Source: Bacteroidota bacterium (GTDB lineage Bacteria > Bacteroidota > Ignavibacteria > Kapaibacteriales > UBA2268). From it: a DNA stretch of 59,163 bases. This document shows positions 47,870 through 58,036 of this stretch, piece by piece; position 1 is the stretch's first letter, and each line of letters begins with the position of its first letter. The position numbers were made by a program, and so were the translations under genes. Below the pieces are notes generated by a model. It was not told where the DNA came from and did not search any database. It saw only the letters and a list, made by a program, of their open reading frames with translations. The stretch is from the NCBI GenBank assembly GCA_021824625.1, contig JAKAKE010000008.1, positions 1 to 59,163 on the forward strand. The letters run 5' to 3'.

Positions 47870-50800
47870 TTACTGGTTTCTTCCGTGACAATGTTTATAT
47901 TTTTTCCCACTTCCGCAGGGACAAGGTTCATTCCTGCCAATCTCTTTTTCTGTCTTCTTGAAAGTTCTGACTTTCTGTTGAGAATCAACACTCTGGGTTC
48001 CGCCGTCTCTACCGCCTCCCTGCTGTAAAAAAGCGGGTGTTTCTGTTGGATGAGAGAATTGCATTGCCGCAGTATTTACCATGCTTGACCTCCTCAATCT
48101 AGGGATGCCGTCAGCTCCCACTTCTGCATCTCTTGGTGCCGCTCCCTTAACTCTGACTTGTCTTTCGACAACCTGAGGGAAGTATTTGAATGCAAAATTC
48201 ACTGATGCTGTATTAATATCTTTTATTAATTCCATGAATTGTGAAAATGCTTCTCCCTTGTATTCCAGCAATGGGTCTTTCTGTCCGTAAGCACGAAGGT
48301 GAATACCTTCCTTGAGTTCATCCATCACTCTCAAATGCTCGCGCCATTTCTCGTCAATTGTCTGAAGAACAGCTACCCGCTCGAGGTGTCCCATAAATTC
48401 CGAGCCAAGTGTATCTTCTTTTCTTTTGTAAAATTTATCAGCAGATTCAAGAATTTTATTAACACAATCTTCCGCTTTCATGCTTTCCAATTCATCGGCT
48501 GAAATATTAACATCACAAAGCAAAGTTGTTCTGACTGTTCTTTTCAATCCATCAATATCATTTTCAGGGTGGAATTCCTCATACCAGATTTGGGCTAATT
48601 CTTCAATATAACTGAATAGTTCACCTTTCATTCTTTCACCTCTCAAAGCGGCACGTCTTCTGTTATATATCACCTCCCTTTGCTGATTCATTACATTGTC
48701 ATATTCAAGAAGCCTTTTCCTGATACCAAAATTATTTTCTTCAACTTTTCTTTGAGCCCGCTCGACAGATTTAGACATCATTGAATGTTGTATCGGCTCT
48801 CCGTCGGGTATCTTCATCCTTTGCATTATTCCTGCAACCCTGTCTCCTCCGAAAAGCCTCATCAAATTGTCTTCAAGAGAGATAAAAAATTGAGATGAGC
48901 CGGGGTCACCCTGCCTGCCTGAACGTCCCATCAACTGCCTGTCAATTCTCCTTGCATCATGCCTTTCTGTTCCAACAATGGCAAGTCCTCCGTTTTTCCT
49001 GACATCATTGTCAAGCTTAATATCTGTTCCCCTGCCAGCCATGTTTGTTGCAATTGTAACTGAACCCTTTTTACCCGCCTGGGCTATTATTTCTGCTTCT
49101 CTTTGATGTTGTTTTGCATTTAGTACATTATGATGGATTCCTTTTCTTTTTAACATCTTGCTGAGCAGTTCAGAAACTTCAACTGATGCCGTACCGACAA
49201 GTGTCGCCCTGCCATCCTTAAGAAGCTTCTCTATTTCATCTATAATAGAATTATATTTTTCCCTTTTTGTCTTATATATATAATCATCATGGTCAGTCCT
49301 GACTATTGGTTTGTTTGTTGGTATAACAATTACATCGAGGTTGTAAATTTTAATAAATTCTGAGGCTTCGGTTTCTGCTGTACCCGTCATGCCTGCAAGC
49401 TTTTTGTAGAGTCTGAAATAATTTTGCAGGGTAATGGTAGCAAGTGTTTGAGTGTCTCTTTCGACTTTTACATTTTCTTTCGCTTCAATTGCCTGATGTA
49501 ATCCTTCTGAATATCTTCTTCCGTCAAGAATTCTACCTGTATGCTCATCCACAATCATGATTTTATCATCCTGGATGACATACTCGACATCCTTTTCGTA
49601 AAGTGAGTATGCCCTCAGTAATTGTGAGATAGTATGAATCCTATCACTTCTTTCGGCATACAGAACATTTATTTCATCAATTTTTTTCTGCTTTTCATCT
49701 GGAGTTAATTCTGTTTCGTTTTCAAGCATGCTCAATTGGGATGCAATATCAGGTATGACAAACATATCCGGTTCTTCTTGAGCAGAGCACATAAGTTGTC
49801 TGCCTTTATCATGAATATCAATGTTGTGGTTCTTTTCATCAATTGTATAAAATAGTTCCTCATCTATCTCATGCATCCTTTGTCCCTGGTCCCGGAGATA
49901 AAGGAGTTCGGTATTTCTCATCAGCTTCAAATTGTCAGGTTCCTGGAGAAGCTTCATCAACTTTTTATGTTTTGGCAAACCTCGGAATGAGCGTAATAAG
50001 TTAACACCGGCCTGGTCAATGTCTTCCTTTTTTTCGCTTTTTAACAACTCCTCAGCTTCTTGTGCAATTTTGTTAATAAGCTTCGTTTGTGCATCAACCA
50101 ACCTTTTTACTCTTGGATTCATCTCATCAAATTTTTGGTCAGACTGGCCGACAGGCCCTGATATTATCAAGGGTGTTCTGGCTTCGTCAATCAGAACAGA
50201 ATCAACTTCGTCAACTATTGCATACCAATGCTCACGCTGAACCATCTGTTCAGCTTCGACAACCATATTATCCCGAAGGTAATCGAAACCAAATTCATTA
50301 TTGGTTCCATAAGTAATGTCCAAATTGTAAATCTTTGCTCTTTCATCATTGTCCATATTCGACTGTATAGCACCCACAGTCAGTCCAAGAAAATCAAAAA
50401 TTGGCTTCATCCATTCGGAATCACGTTTTGCAAGGTAATCATTTACTGTTACAAGGTGAACTCCCTTCCCTGCAAGAGCATTCAGGTACATTGGCAGTAC
50501 GGCAACAAGTGTTTTACCTTCACCTGTAGCCATTTCTGAAATGAAGCCTTTATGCAATACAACTCCTCCGATAAGCTGGACATCATAAGGTACCATGTCC
50601 CAGACAGCCGGCTGACCTGCATATTCATACCTGTACATTCTTTCTTTTAATCTGCGGCATGTTTCTCTGACTACTGCAAATGCTTCGGGAAGTATATCAT
50701 CCAAAACAGAATTAATAGTCTTAAAAAGCTCTTTATTAAGTTGCTTTATTCGGTCATTAATGTCCTGAATTTCATCTCCAATCAGGGCTTCATTTCTTAA

Positions 50801-51013
50801 TTTATTATGTAAAGTCTCTATTTCGTCTTCTATTTCCCGGGTATTTTCTTTGATAATTGCTTTAAATTCAAAGGTTTTACCACTTAATTCCTCGTCATTC
50901 AATTCACTTAAACCGGCATATATTTCATTGATTTGCTCAATAATTGGTACAATTTTTTTTAAATCTTTTTCGCTCTTAGAACCAAATAATTTTGTTAATA
51001 TAGTGTTTATCAT
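47870..51013 (-). CDS. secA: Preprotein translocase ATPase
   Basis: MATGEGKTL, VDEVDSVLIDEARTPLIISG, ATNMAGRGTDI and SEC-C GRNEPCPCGSGKKYKHCHG motifs; start set at ATG 51013. Confidence 0.98.
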   Translation of the reverse strand: MINTILTKLFGSKSEKDLKKIVPIIEQINEIYAGLSELNDEELSGKTFEFKAIIKENTREIEDEIETLHNKLRNEALIGDEIQDINDRIKQLNKELFKTINSVLDDILPEAFAVVRETCRRLKERMYRYEYAGQPAVWDMVPYDVQLIGGVVLHKGFISEMATGEGKTLVAVLPMYLNALAGKGVHLVTVNDYLAKRDSEWMKPIFDFLGLTVGAIQSNMDNDERAKIYNLDITYGTNNEFGFDYLRDNMVVEAEQMVQREHWYAIVDEVDSVLIDEARTPLIISGPVGQSDQKFDEMNPRVKRLVDAQTKLINKIAQEAEELLKSEKKEDIDQAGVNLLRSFRGLPKHKKLMKLLQEPDNLKLMRNTELLYLRDQGQRMHEIDEELFYTIDEKNHNIDIHDKGRQLMCSAQEEPDMFVIPDIASQLSMLENETELTPDEKQKKIDEINVLYAERSDRIHTISQLLRAYSLYEKDVEYVIQDDKIMIVDEHTGRILDGRRYSEGLHQAIEAKENVKVERDTQTLATITLQNYFRLYKKLAGMTGTAETEASEFIKIYNLDVIVIPTNKPIVRTDHDDYIYKTKREKYNSIIDEIEKLLKDGRATLVGTASVEVSELLSKMLKRKGIHHNVLNAKQHQREAEIIAQAGKKGSVTIATNMAGRGTDIKLDNDVRKNGGLAIVGTERHDARRIDRQLMGRSGRQGDPGSSQFFISLEDNLMRLFGGDRVAGIMQRMKIPDGEPIQHSMMSKSVERAQRKVEENNFGIRKRLLEYDNVMNQQREVIYNRRRAALRGERMKGELFSYIEELAQIWYEEFHPENDIDGLKRTVRTTLLCDVNISADELESMKAEDCVNKILESADKFYKRKEDTLGSEFMGHLERVAVLQTIDEKWREHLRVMDELKEGIHLRAYGQKDPLLEYKGEAFSQFMELIKDINTASVNFAFKYFPQVVERQVRVKGAAPRDAEVGADGIPRLRRSSMVNTAAMQFSHPTETPAFLQQGGGRDGGTQSVDSQQKVRTFKKTEKEIGRNEPCPCGSGKKYKHCHGRNQ

Positions 51014-51112
51014 TATTGTAATATGTTTTATTTTAATGAATAATTTTAATTTATTGTTGACGTAAATCTTTATTATGTATTTAGACAATATTTTATTTTG
51101 TTAATTAAATCT

Positions 51113-51811
51113 ATGAAACAGGCTGATTTCAGACAAGTAGAAAAAAGTATCACAAGATTGATTAGAACAAATCGCAAGACGATGGTTATTGTCATTGAGA
51201 ATGATGCATCGGTAACTGTCAGAGTACCCAAAAGAGTATCAAAAAAAGAAATATTTGATTTCGTAAAAAGCAAGCGGGACTGGATTGCCGAAAAACAGAG
51301 GGAAGCCGCTCATAAAGCACGTCAGGCAAGGGCAAAGCGTTTTATTGAAGGTGAAATGTTTTTATATTTAGGTAAATCATATCCTTTGGTTATTACCGAT
51401 GAAACTTCTTATGCTTTAAGATTCGGTAAATCTAATTTCATCCTTCACACTAAATGCCGGCATGATGCAAAAAATATTTTTATAAAATGGTATAAAAGAA
51501 TTGCTCTGAAATATTTTACCGATAGAATTAATTATTATTCTCAATTGATGGGAATTCGTTATAAATACATAAAAATTAATAATGCTCAAAGCAGATGGGG
51601 TTCCTGTGGATTGAAAGGTACTATCAATTTCACATGGCGGCTTATTCTTGCTCCTCCTGATGTTGTTGATTATGTCGTTGTTCACGAATTAGCACATTTA
51701 AAAGAATTAAATCATTCACCCCGTTTTTGGAATATTGTAAAATCTATATATCCTGATTTTCTGTCAGCAAGGAAATGGCTGAGCGATAACGGCCATATTT
51801 TAAATATTTAA
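51113..51811 (+). CDS. M48/YgjP (DUF45) zinc metallohydrolase
   Basis: SRWGSC and DYVVVHELAHLKELNHSPRFW motifs. Confidence 0.9.
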   Translation: MKQADFRQVEKSITRLIRTNRKTMVIVIENDASVTVRVPKRVSKKEIFDFVKSKRDWIAEKQREAAHKARQARAKRFIEGEMFLYLGKSYPLVITDETSYALRFGKSNFILHTKCRHDAKNIFIKWYKRIALKYFTDRINYYSQLMGIRYKYIKINNAQSRWGSCGLKGTINFTWRLILAPPDVVDYVVVHELAHLKELNHSPRFWNIVKSIYPDFLSARKWLSDNGHILNI

Positions 51812-51882
51812 GAGCTATTAAAATTTAACTAAAGTGTTTGCCGTTACTCTGTTTTTTCATAATGTATTTTGATTATTGATTT

Positions 51883-52194
51883 ATGTTTATTAAGCATTTA
51901 TACGGTAAATTCATTGAAAAGGATTTACCTTTGGGGGACCAGCTTGCTGCTGCACGTTCTATTTTGGCTAACGAAAGGACATATCTTTCATATCAGAGAA
52001 CTGCTATAACCATATTGATTGCAGGCTTGACTTTTATCCGGTTTTTTGAAGTTATATGGATTGTAATAATAGGCTGGCTTTTTTTACCGGCAGCTGTCCT
52101 TACAATGATTCTTGGTTCATACAGATATTTGAAAATGAGGGATTTAATAGAACATATAGAACATAATTCTGTTGGAAATAATATTAAAAATTAA
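51883..52194 (+). CDS. DUF202 (YidH-like) membrane protein
   Basis: LANERTYLSYQRTA followed by two TM helices. Confidence 0.88.
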   Translation: MFIKHLYGKFIEKDLPLGDQLAAARSILANERTYLSYQRTAITILIAGLTFIRFFEVIWIVIIGWLFLPAAVLTMILGSYRYLKMRDLIEHIEHNSVGNNIKN

Positions 52195-52298
52195 TAAATA
52201 AATGAACTGCAAAGAAGCAAGTTTCGGAGTATCTAAATATTTTAGTAAATTCTATTTTTTCGCAGTAAACTGCAGGGAATTAACCCACAATCATGGGA

Positions 52299-55200
52299 TT
52301 AAATTTGTTCAATTCTTATTTTATCTGCGATTTTATTAATTTCTCTTTCAATATTATTCAAATCATCTATTGTCCAGTTAAAGGTATAAACCCAATCTTC
52401 ACTATTTTCCCCCTTCTTTAAAAGGGGATTCAGGGGGATTTCAGAAATTTTTGCTAATCTCGTAAATAACAGTCTTGCTTTAAAATTCTTTTGTTCAGGA
52501 TACAATTTCATTAGAAAATAAATATAAATTTTCATCTGCAATTCATAGTATTTTATTAAAGTATTTTTTACTTCATTAGACCCCACTCTATTTGTTTTCC
52601 AGTCCCAGACTTCCCATTCTCCACTCGCATTTTTAATTAATAAATCTGTTTTAACCAGAAGTAAATCATTTTTGTAAACCATTTGCAAGGTCTGTTCAGG
52701 TATAGATTCTTTAATATGCTTAGCATATAATTTTATTAATGTTGTATTTGCTACTGAACTACATTCACTGAAAATTCTACCACTTAATTTATTACTTATT
52801 TTTTTATTTGAATCGCTAATCACATTCTCAATTACTTTCCTCAAAATTTTATCATCAATACCGGCATCGCTTTTCAACCAATCCTTTATTCTTTCGAGAA
52901 CCGAATGAATCAGCGTTCCGGCAAGGCTTCCAACTACATCTTCATCTCTGGTTTTATCAATATGATTAATTGAATCATAATTTATATCATCAACGGAAGG
53001 CAGTCCGAATAAATATCTTTTTGCATATTCTTCTGAGTCATTTTGAAAAGTCATCAGTTTTGTTGCAGAGAAAACTTCATTATCAATATCTGATTTCACT
53101 CCAGTTAGAAGCATACACGGTTCAGGTTTTTGGTTTATTCTGCCATTTAATTCAAAGTCTGTTTTTTCTGAATAATTAAATAAGAATTTCACTGTATATT
53201 TAATTTTGAGAATATGAAATTGATTGTTGTGATAACTTTTCAATGAATCACAAATGCTCATTTCCTTTAAATCTCCGCTTAATGTTAATTTATCATCAAG
53301 TGATTTCATTATCATATAGAGTTCACTCTTTTGAAATCCTGTTTGTCTTTTTTTATTTATTGAACCACTAATAATTATATTATTTTCAGCCCTTGTCAAA
53401 GCAACATATAATAGTCTTTTAGATTCTGCCCATTCGGCTTTATTTTGTTTATCATTTGCTAATAAATAAGTGGGCGTAATTATTTCTTTATTTATGTCAA
53501 TAGTCTCATCCCTGGCAATCATTTTGAAAGAAAATCCAAAATCATCGGAAATTATATAAGGTGTATTCCTGGTATGTGAATTATCAGAATTATATAAGCA
53601 TACCGTATCGAATTCCAATCCTTTGGATGCGTGTATTGTCATTATATTCACAGCATTTTCATCTGATAAGAAAACTGCTTCGCTTTCAGTTAAATCTGCC
53701 GAAATTGTCCCCTTGACTTGTTCAACAAAATCATAAAGATTTTTAAAACCTCTTTTTTCAAAATCCCTGGCAATCTGAATCAACTTGTTGATGTTAGCTT
53801 TCATCTGTTTTTCTGAAGGCAATTCGGATATGACTGAATTCCAACTGCATAAATCAATTATTTTGTGAATTAACTGCGGTATGGAAATCCTCACAGCACG
53901 GTAAGAAAGCTCAGTTAATATTTTCAAAGCTCTTAGACAATTTTGTTCTTCTTTTGAAACAATATCTTTGCTAATTACTTTTTCTTCTATTGAATCACAG
54001 TACTTTTTGAACTTACTCCAAAGTGAATAACAATTTTTTATTTCGCCGGCTTTAAATAATATTTCATCAGAGATTTTGAAATATGGCGACCTCAATGCTG
54101 CTGCCAATGCTTTGTTGTCGTCATGATTGTGCAAAAAACTTAGGATTGAACATACATCGACAACTTCCTGAGACTTATAGAATCCTTTACCTGAATGTAA
54201 TATATAAGGTATGTTTTGCTCCTGAAATTCCGAAATTAATTCATCAAATCCTTTCCTTGACCTCCCGAGTATTCCGAAATCACTCCAATCCTTTCCTTGT
54301 TTAATAGCAAGATTCTTTATATATAATGCAAGGCTCTTAGCTTCACTTATTACTTCGCTTTCTTCACCTGAATTTTTAAAATCAGTAATTAAAAAAGTAA
54401 CATTGCCAAAATCTTTATTTGCCAAGTCAATTTCATTATTTATGTTTTCCTTTTCAATGATTCTTGATATCTCTTTATGGCAAACAAGAGAAGAATAGCT
54501 GACATCATATTCGGATTCAACTTTTTCGAATAATTTTCCGCACACTTTATTAACAAATGCCGCAGGGACAGGTGCCAGCCTGAATGTAACTGTAAGATTC
54601 AGATTACCAAATTTATTATTTACCCCATTTACCGTAGGGGTACTATTATCTTTATTTTCCCCCTTTTCTAAAGGGGGATTATTATCTTTATTTTCCCCCT
54701 TTTCTAAAGGGGGATTATTATCTTTATTTTCCCCCTTTTCTAAAGGGGGATTAAGGGGGATTACTAATTCTTCATAATCCCTTCTATTTGTTTCTGCAAT
54801 ATCCTTTTTTGCTTTTTCAAAAACCCTTACATCTGCATTTCTGAAGCCATAAATACTTTGCTTTTCATCTCCCACAACATAAAAATTCAGAGTTCCGTTT
54901 ACTTTCTTTCCTGTTAGTTCGGGTATCAGTTTTTTAACAATGTCATACTGAAGTTCATTTGTGTCCTGAAACTCGTCAATCATCAGATATTTTATTTTCC
55001 TTCTTATTTTTCGTACGACTTCATCATTATTTAACAATTCCGATGTTTTGATTAACTGGTCATCGAAGTCTATGCCTGCTAAAACTTCTTTTTCATCATT
55101 TATTATATCAATAACATCAGAAGTAATTTCAGTAAACAGTTTTGCAAAATGAAAGAGCTCTTTGTCTGACTCGCTGTAATCATAAGATGTGCAGATGGGT

Positions 55201-56189
55201 GCAATATCCTGAAGATTAATTAAATATTGATTAAAATAAAATATCTCATCTTCTTCTAAATATTTTTTTGCTGTTGTTAAATTAATGCTATATCCCGCTT
55301 TTATTACATTTTCATTAAAAAGTGTTTTTATTAATACTCCGGTTTTTAATAAAATATTTCCAATTATCCCGGTTTTCAAAGAAGATTTTATATCATTTAT
55401 AAATTTTTCAAATTCAACAATGATATTTCCAATTTCATTACTTGATAATTTAAGATTAGAAAATTTCTCGGGATTCCTTTTTACTAATAAATCTACTAAT
55501 TCAGATGCTTTTTCCAAGGTAATAATAGTATTCTCAGTCAATTTCCGAATTATTAATTCATCTCTGATTTGTAGAAAATCTTCTTGGCTATTTTCTTCAT
55601 AAAATCTTTTCAGCCATTCAAATCTTTCTCGTTTAAATAACAAAAACCTGATTCCATCCTCAACATTTTTTCTTCCGAATGTGAAAATTAATTTTCTTAT
55701 TCTCTCCCTCCTATCAATATTACCGTTTTCAAGCCATTCCTCCATTGCTTGGACAATTGAATTGGAATAAATTTCTTTCTTTTCATAATTGGTAAGTTCA
55801 CCGAAATTTGGCGGTAAATTCGTCTCGATTGGAAAACTTCTAAGTAGTGAAGAGCAAAAAGAATGAATGGTAGATATTGGAGTATTGTTCAGTTTATCTC
55901 TTATTCGAGCAAGTCTGATTTTTTTTGGAAGATGTGTTTCTTTCTCAATTCTATCTTCAATATTTTTTGAAACTTTTGCTAATATTTCAGATGCGGCTTC
56001 TCTCGTAAATGTAATCGCAACAACATTTCTTGGTTCAGTAGCTTTCTCATTGCTCATCAGAATATTAACATACCTTTGCTGTAAAACACTTGTCTTACCT
56101 GAACCTGCATTTGCTGTTAATGCAATATGCCTGTCAAAACTTAATGCTTCTAATTGTTCCGGAGTTAACTCTTTTTTCATCGTTTTCAT
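52299..56189 (-). CDS. addA: AddA/RecB-like UvrD helicase-nuclease
   Basis: ANAGSGKT, AITFT, TIHSFC, IDEFQDT, VGDEKQSIYGFRNAD, MTIHASKGLEF and YVALTRA motifs; C-terminal nuclease DLLI...WDWKT. Confidence 0.85.
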   Translation of the reverse strand: MKTMKKELTPEQLEALSFDRHIALTANAGSGKTSVLQQRYVNILMSNEKATEPRNVVAITFTREAASEILAKVSKNIEDRIEKETHLPKKIRLARIRDKLNNTPISTIHSFCSSLLRSFPIETNLPPNFGELTNYEKKEIYSNSIVQAMEEWLENGNIDRRERIRKLIFTFGRKNVEDGIRFLLFKRERFEWLKRFYEENSQEDFLQIRDELIIRKLTENTIITLEKASELVDLLVKRNPEKFSNLKLSSNEIGNIIVEFEKFINDIKSSLKTGIIGNILLKTGVLIKTLFNENVIKAGYSINLTTAKKYLEEDEIFYFNQYLINLQDIAPICTSYDYSESDKELFHFAKLFTEITSDVIDIINDEKEVLAGIDFDDQLIKTSELLNNDEVVRKIRRKIKYLMIDEFQDTNELQYDIVKKLIPELTGKKVNGTLNFYVVGDEKQSIYGFRNADVRVFEKAKKDIAETNRRDYEELVIPLNPPLEKGENKDNNPPLEKGENKDNNPPLEKGENKDNSTPTVNGVNNKFGNLNLTVTFRLAPVPAAFVNKVCGKLFEKVESEYDVSYSSLVCHKEISRIIEKENINNEIDLANKDFGNVTFLITDFKNSGEESEVISEAKSLALYIKNLAIKQGKDWSDFGILGRSRKGFDELISEFQEQNIPYILHSGKGFYKSQEVVDVCSILSFLHNHDDNKALAAALRSPYFKISDEILFKAGEIKNCYSLWSKFKKYCDSIEEKVISKDIVSKEEQNCLRALKILTELSYRAVRISIPQLIHKIIDLCSWNSVISELPSEKQMKANINKLIQIARDFEKRGFKNLYDFVEQVKGTISADLTESEAVFLSDENAVNIMTIHASKGLEFDTVCLYNSDNSHTRNTPYIISDDFGFSFKMIARDETIDINKEIITPTYLLANDKQNKAEWAESKRLLYVALTRAENNIIISGSINKKRQTGFQKSELYMIMKSLDDKLTLSGDLKEMSICDSLKSYHNNQFHILKIKYTVKFLFNYSEKTDFELNGRINQKPEPCMLLTGVKSDIDNEVFSATKLMTFQNDSEEYAKRYLFGLPSVDDINYDSINHIDKTRDEDVVGSLAGTLIHSVLERIKDWLKSDAGIDDKILRKVIENVISDSNKKISNKLSGRIFSECSSVANTTLIKLYAKHIKESIPEQTLQMVYKNDLLLVKTDLLIKNASGEWEVWDWKTNRVGSNEVKNTLIKYYELQMKIYIYFLMKLYPEQKNFKARLLFTRLAKISEIPLNPLLKKGENSEDWVYTFNWTIDDLNNIEREINKIADKIRIEQI
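52404..52441. repeat. REP-like hairpin element, CCCCCTTT family, locus e (in-frame in addA)
   Basis: ATTTTCCCCCTTCTTTAAAAGGGGATTCAGGGGGATTT encodes IPLNPLLKKGEN. Confidence 0.85.
54620..54762. repeat. REP-like hairpin element, CCCCCTTT family, locus f: 36-nt tandem array in-frame in addA
   Basis: Three perfect TATTATCTTTATTTTCCCCCTTTTCTAAAGGGGGAT units at 54644-54751, a tail to 54762, and a degenerate fourth unit at 54621-54642. Confidence 0.92.
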
Positions 56190-56325
56190 AAAAATTGAAA
56201 ATCAAATATAATAATTTCAAATTTCTAATTCTCAACTCATTATCATTCAATTCCTCTATTTTCACTATTTTTGTATTTGTAAAATGATTCAGTAAATTCA
56301 GAATTCATCATTCATAATTCTTTAC

Positions 56326-56357
56326 TCGTAATTCGTAATTAGTAATTCGTAATTGAT
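56326..56357 (+). repeat. Heptamer tandem run just upstream of ftsY
   Basis: tcgt aattcgt aattagt aattcgt aattgat. Confidence 0.85.
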
Positions 56358-56362
56358 TTAGT

Positions 56363-57337
56363 ATGGGCTTTTTCGATAAATTTAAAGATAAAGTAACATC
56401 AGCACTTGGTTTCGATAAACTAAGAGACGGTTTGTCAAAAACAAGGTCTTCGTTTGTTGACCGGATTCAGGGCGTTCTCGGTATCGGCAGAAAAATTGAC
56501 GATTCACTCATAAATGACATTGAGGATATTCTGATTTCTTCTGATATCGGTGTTACCACAACAGACCAGATTATATCATCAATAAAATCCCGTGTCAAAA
56601 AAGAAGGATATGAGAATGCTTCAGATGTTTATTCAATCCTGAAAGAAGAACTGCATAAAATTCTGCTTGAATCATCATCTGCTCATAATGATTCGACTTA
56701 TTCAATAGATAATACAAAAAGACCACACTGTATTCTTATTGTCGGTGTTAACGGTGTTGGCAAAACAACAACCATAGGTAAGCTTGCATATAATTACAGG
56801 AATGCCGGGAGGACTGTGCTTATCGGAGCCGCCGATACTTTCCGCGCCGCCGCTAACGAGCAGCTTGAGATTTGGGCAGAACGTGCAGGAGTAGCCATCA
56901 TACAACAAAAGCCCGGTGCTGACCCTGCCGCAGTAGCTTTCGACACTCTTAATTCAGCAATTTCAAAAAATACCGATGTTGTAATTATTGACACGGCAGG
57001 CAGGCTCCACAATAAAGCCTATCTTATGGCAGAGCTTGAGAAAATAAACCGCGTAATGAAAAAGCTAAAAGATTATGCTCCTAATGAAGTCTTTCTCATA
57101 CTTGATGCAACTACCGGACAGAATGCGATTCAACAAGCTAAAGAATTTATGAAGGTCGCCGATTTGACAGGTATAATTCTTACCAAACTTGACGGTACCG
57201 CCAAAGGTGGTGTCATTGTTCCTATAGCTAATGAATTAAAACTGCCTGTCCGCTACATAGGAGTAGGGGAGAAAATAGATGACCTGCAAGTCTTCGACCC
57301 GACTGCCTTCATAGAAGCACTTTTCAATAGTGAATAA
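56363..57337 (+). CDS. ftsY: Signal recognition particle receptor
   Basis: GVNGVGKTTTIGKLA, DTFRAAA, DTAGRL and TKLDGTAKGG motifs. Confidence 0.98.
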   Translation: MGFFDKFKDKVTSALGFDKLRDGLSKTRSSFVDRIQGVLGIGRKIDDSLINDIEDILISSDIGVTTTDQIISSIKSRVKKEGYENASDVYSILKEELHKILLESSSAHNDSTYSIDNTKRPHCILIVGVNGVGKTTTIGKLAYNYRNAGRTVLIGAADTFRAAANEQLEIWAERAGVAIIQQKPGADPAAVAFDTLNSAISKNTDVVIIDTAGRLHNKAYLMAELEKINRVMKKLKDYAPNEVFLILDATTGQNAIQQAKEFMKVADLTGIILTKLDGTAKGGVIVPIANELKLPVRYIGVGEKIDDLQVFDPTAFIEALFNSE

Positions 57338-57390
57338 TGAAGAGTGAACAGCGAATAATTAAGGTTAAAAACTTCATTTTTATTTTTTTT

Positions 57391-57429
57391 CATTAGTAAT
57401 TAGTAATTAGTAATTGGTAATAGGTAATT
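57391..57429 (-). repeat. Heptamer tandem run after the stop of the DinB-family gene
   Basis: The + strand reads cattagt aattagt aattagt aattggt aataggt. Confidence 0.88.
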
Positions 57430-57928
57430 ATTGCTCAGCTTCCATTCCAAAGGCAGCCCATTCTTCCTTCGATGGCCCAAAAACGCCGGGAACTTTGAGT
57501 CCGGCTTGTCTCATCAATACTGTTATTTGGGCTCTGTGATGAATCTCGTGTCTTATGAGTGAATCAAGAATAAATCCTTTTTTCCATTTCTCACCATACA
57601 TATCAACTTCTTCATCGAGAGAATCATCTGTCCATCTTTTCTTAACTTCATCGGCAATATTTTTACTTGCTGCATTATAAGATTCAACGATTTCCTTCAC
57701 AGTCTTTGGAACGGCAGATTTATCAATCATTATTTTATCTACCAAACCGGCTTTTTCAGGCATTTCATATAATGTCCAAACTATGTGCCATGCAAGAGTG
57801 CCGATTGACCTTCCTTCGGAATAGACCTTTTGACTTAGTGATTCATCTGTCAGACTATTGAAAATATTTAATGTACTTTCACTTTCATTTTTCCAGTCTT
57901 CAATAAAGTCTTGTACTTTCCTTACCAT
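57428..57928 (-). CDS. DinB/YfiT-family protein
   Basis: RSIGTLAWHI and HEIHHRAQITVLMRQAGLKVPGVFGPSKEEW motifs. Confidence 0.9.
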   Translation of the reverse strand: MVRKVQDFIEDWKNESESTLNIFNSLTDESLSQKVYSEGRSIGTLAWHIVWTLYEMPEKAGLVDKIMIDKSAVPKTVKEIVESYNAASKNIADEVKKRWTDDSLDEEVDMYGEKWKKGFILDSLIRHEIHHRAQITVLMRQAGLKVPGVFGPSKEEWAAFGMEAEQ

Positions 57929-58036
57929 AATTAAACCCTTCAATAATTTTCCAAAATTTATTATTTATTTTTGTTTTCAAAAATTTAATTTAATAAATGC
58001 TAATTTAGGAAAATAATTTTCTATAAAAATTTTAAA

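Noticed and set aside
52200-52298. Short hairpins between DUF202 and addA as another repeat family
   Set aside because: Stems are 5 bp or less, and there is no second clear copy in the window.
54644-54751. CRISPR call for the 36-nt repeats
   Set aside because: The units are head-to-tail with no unique spacers.
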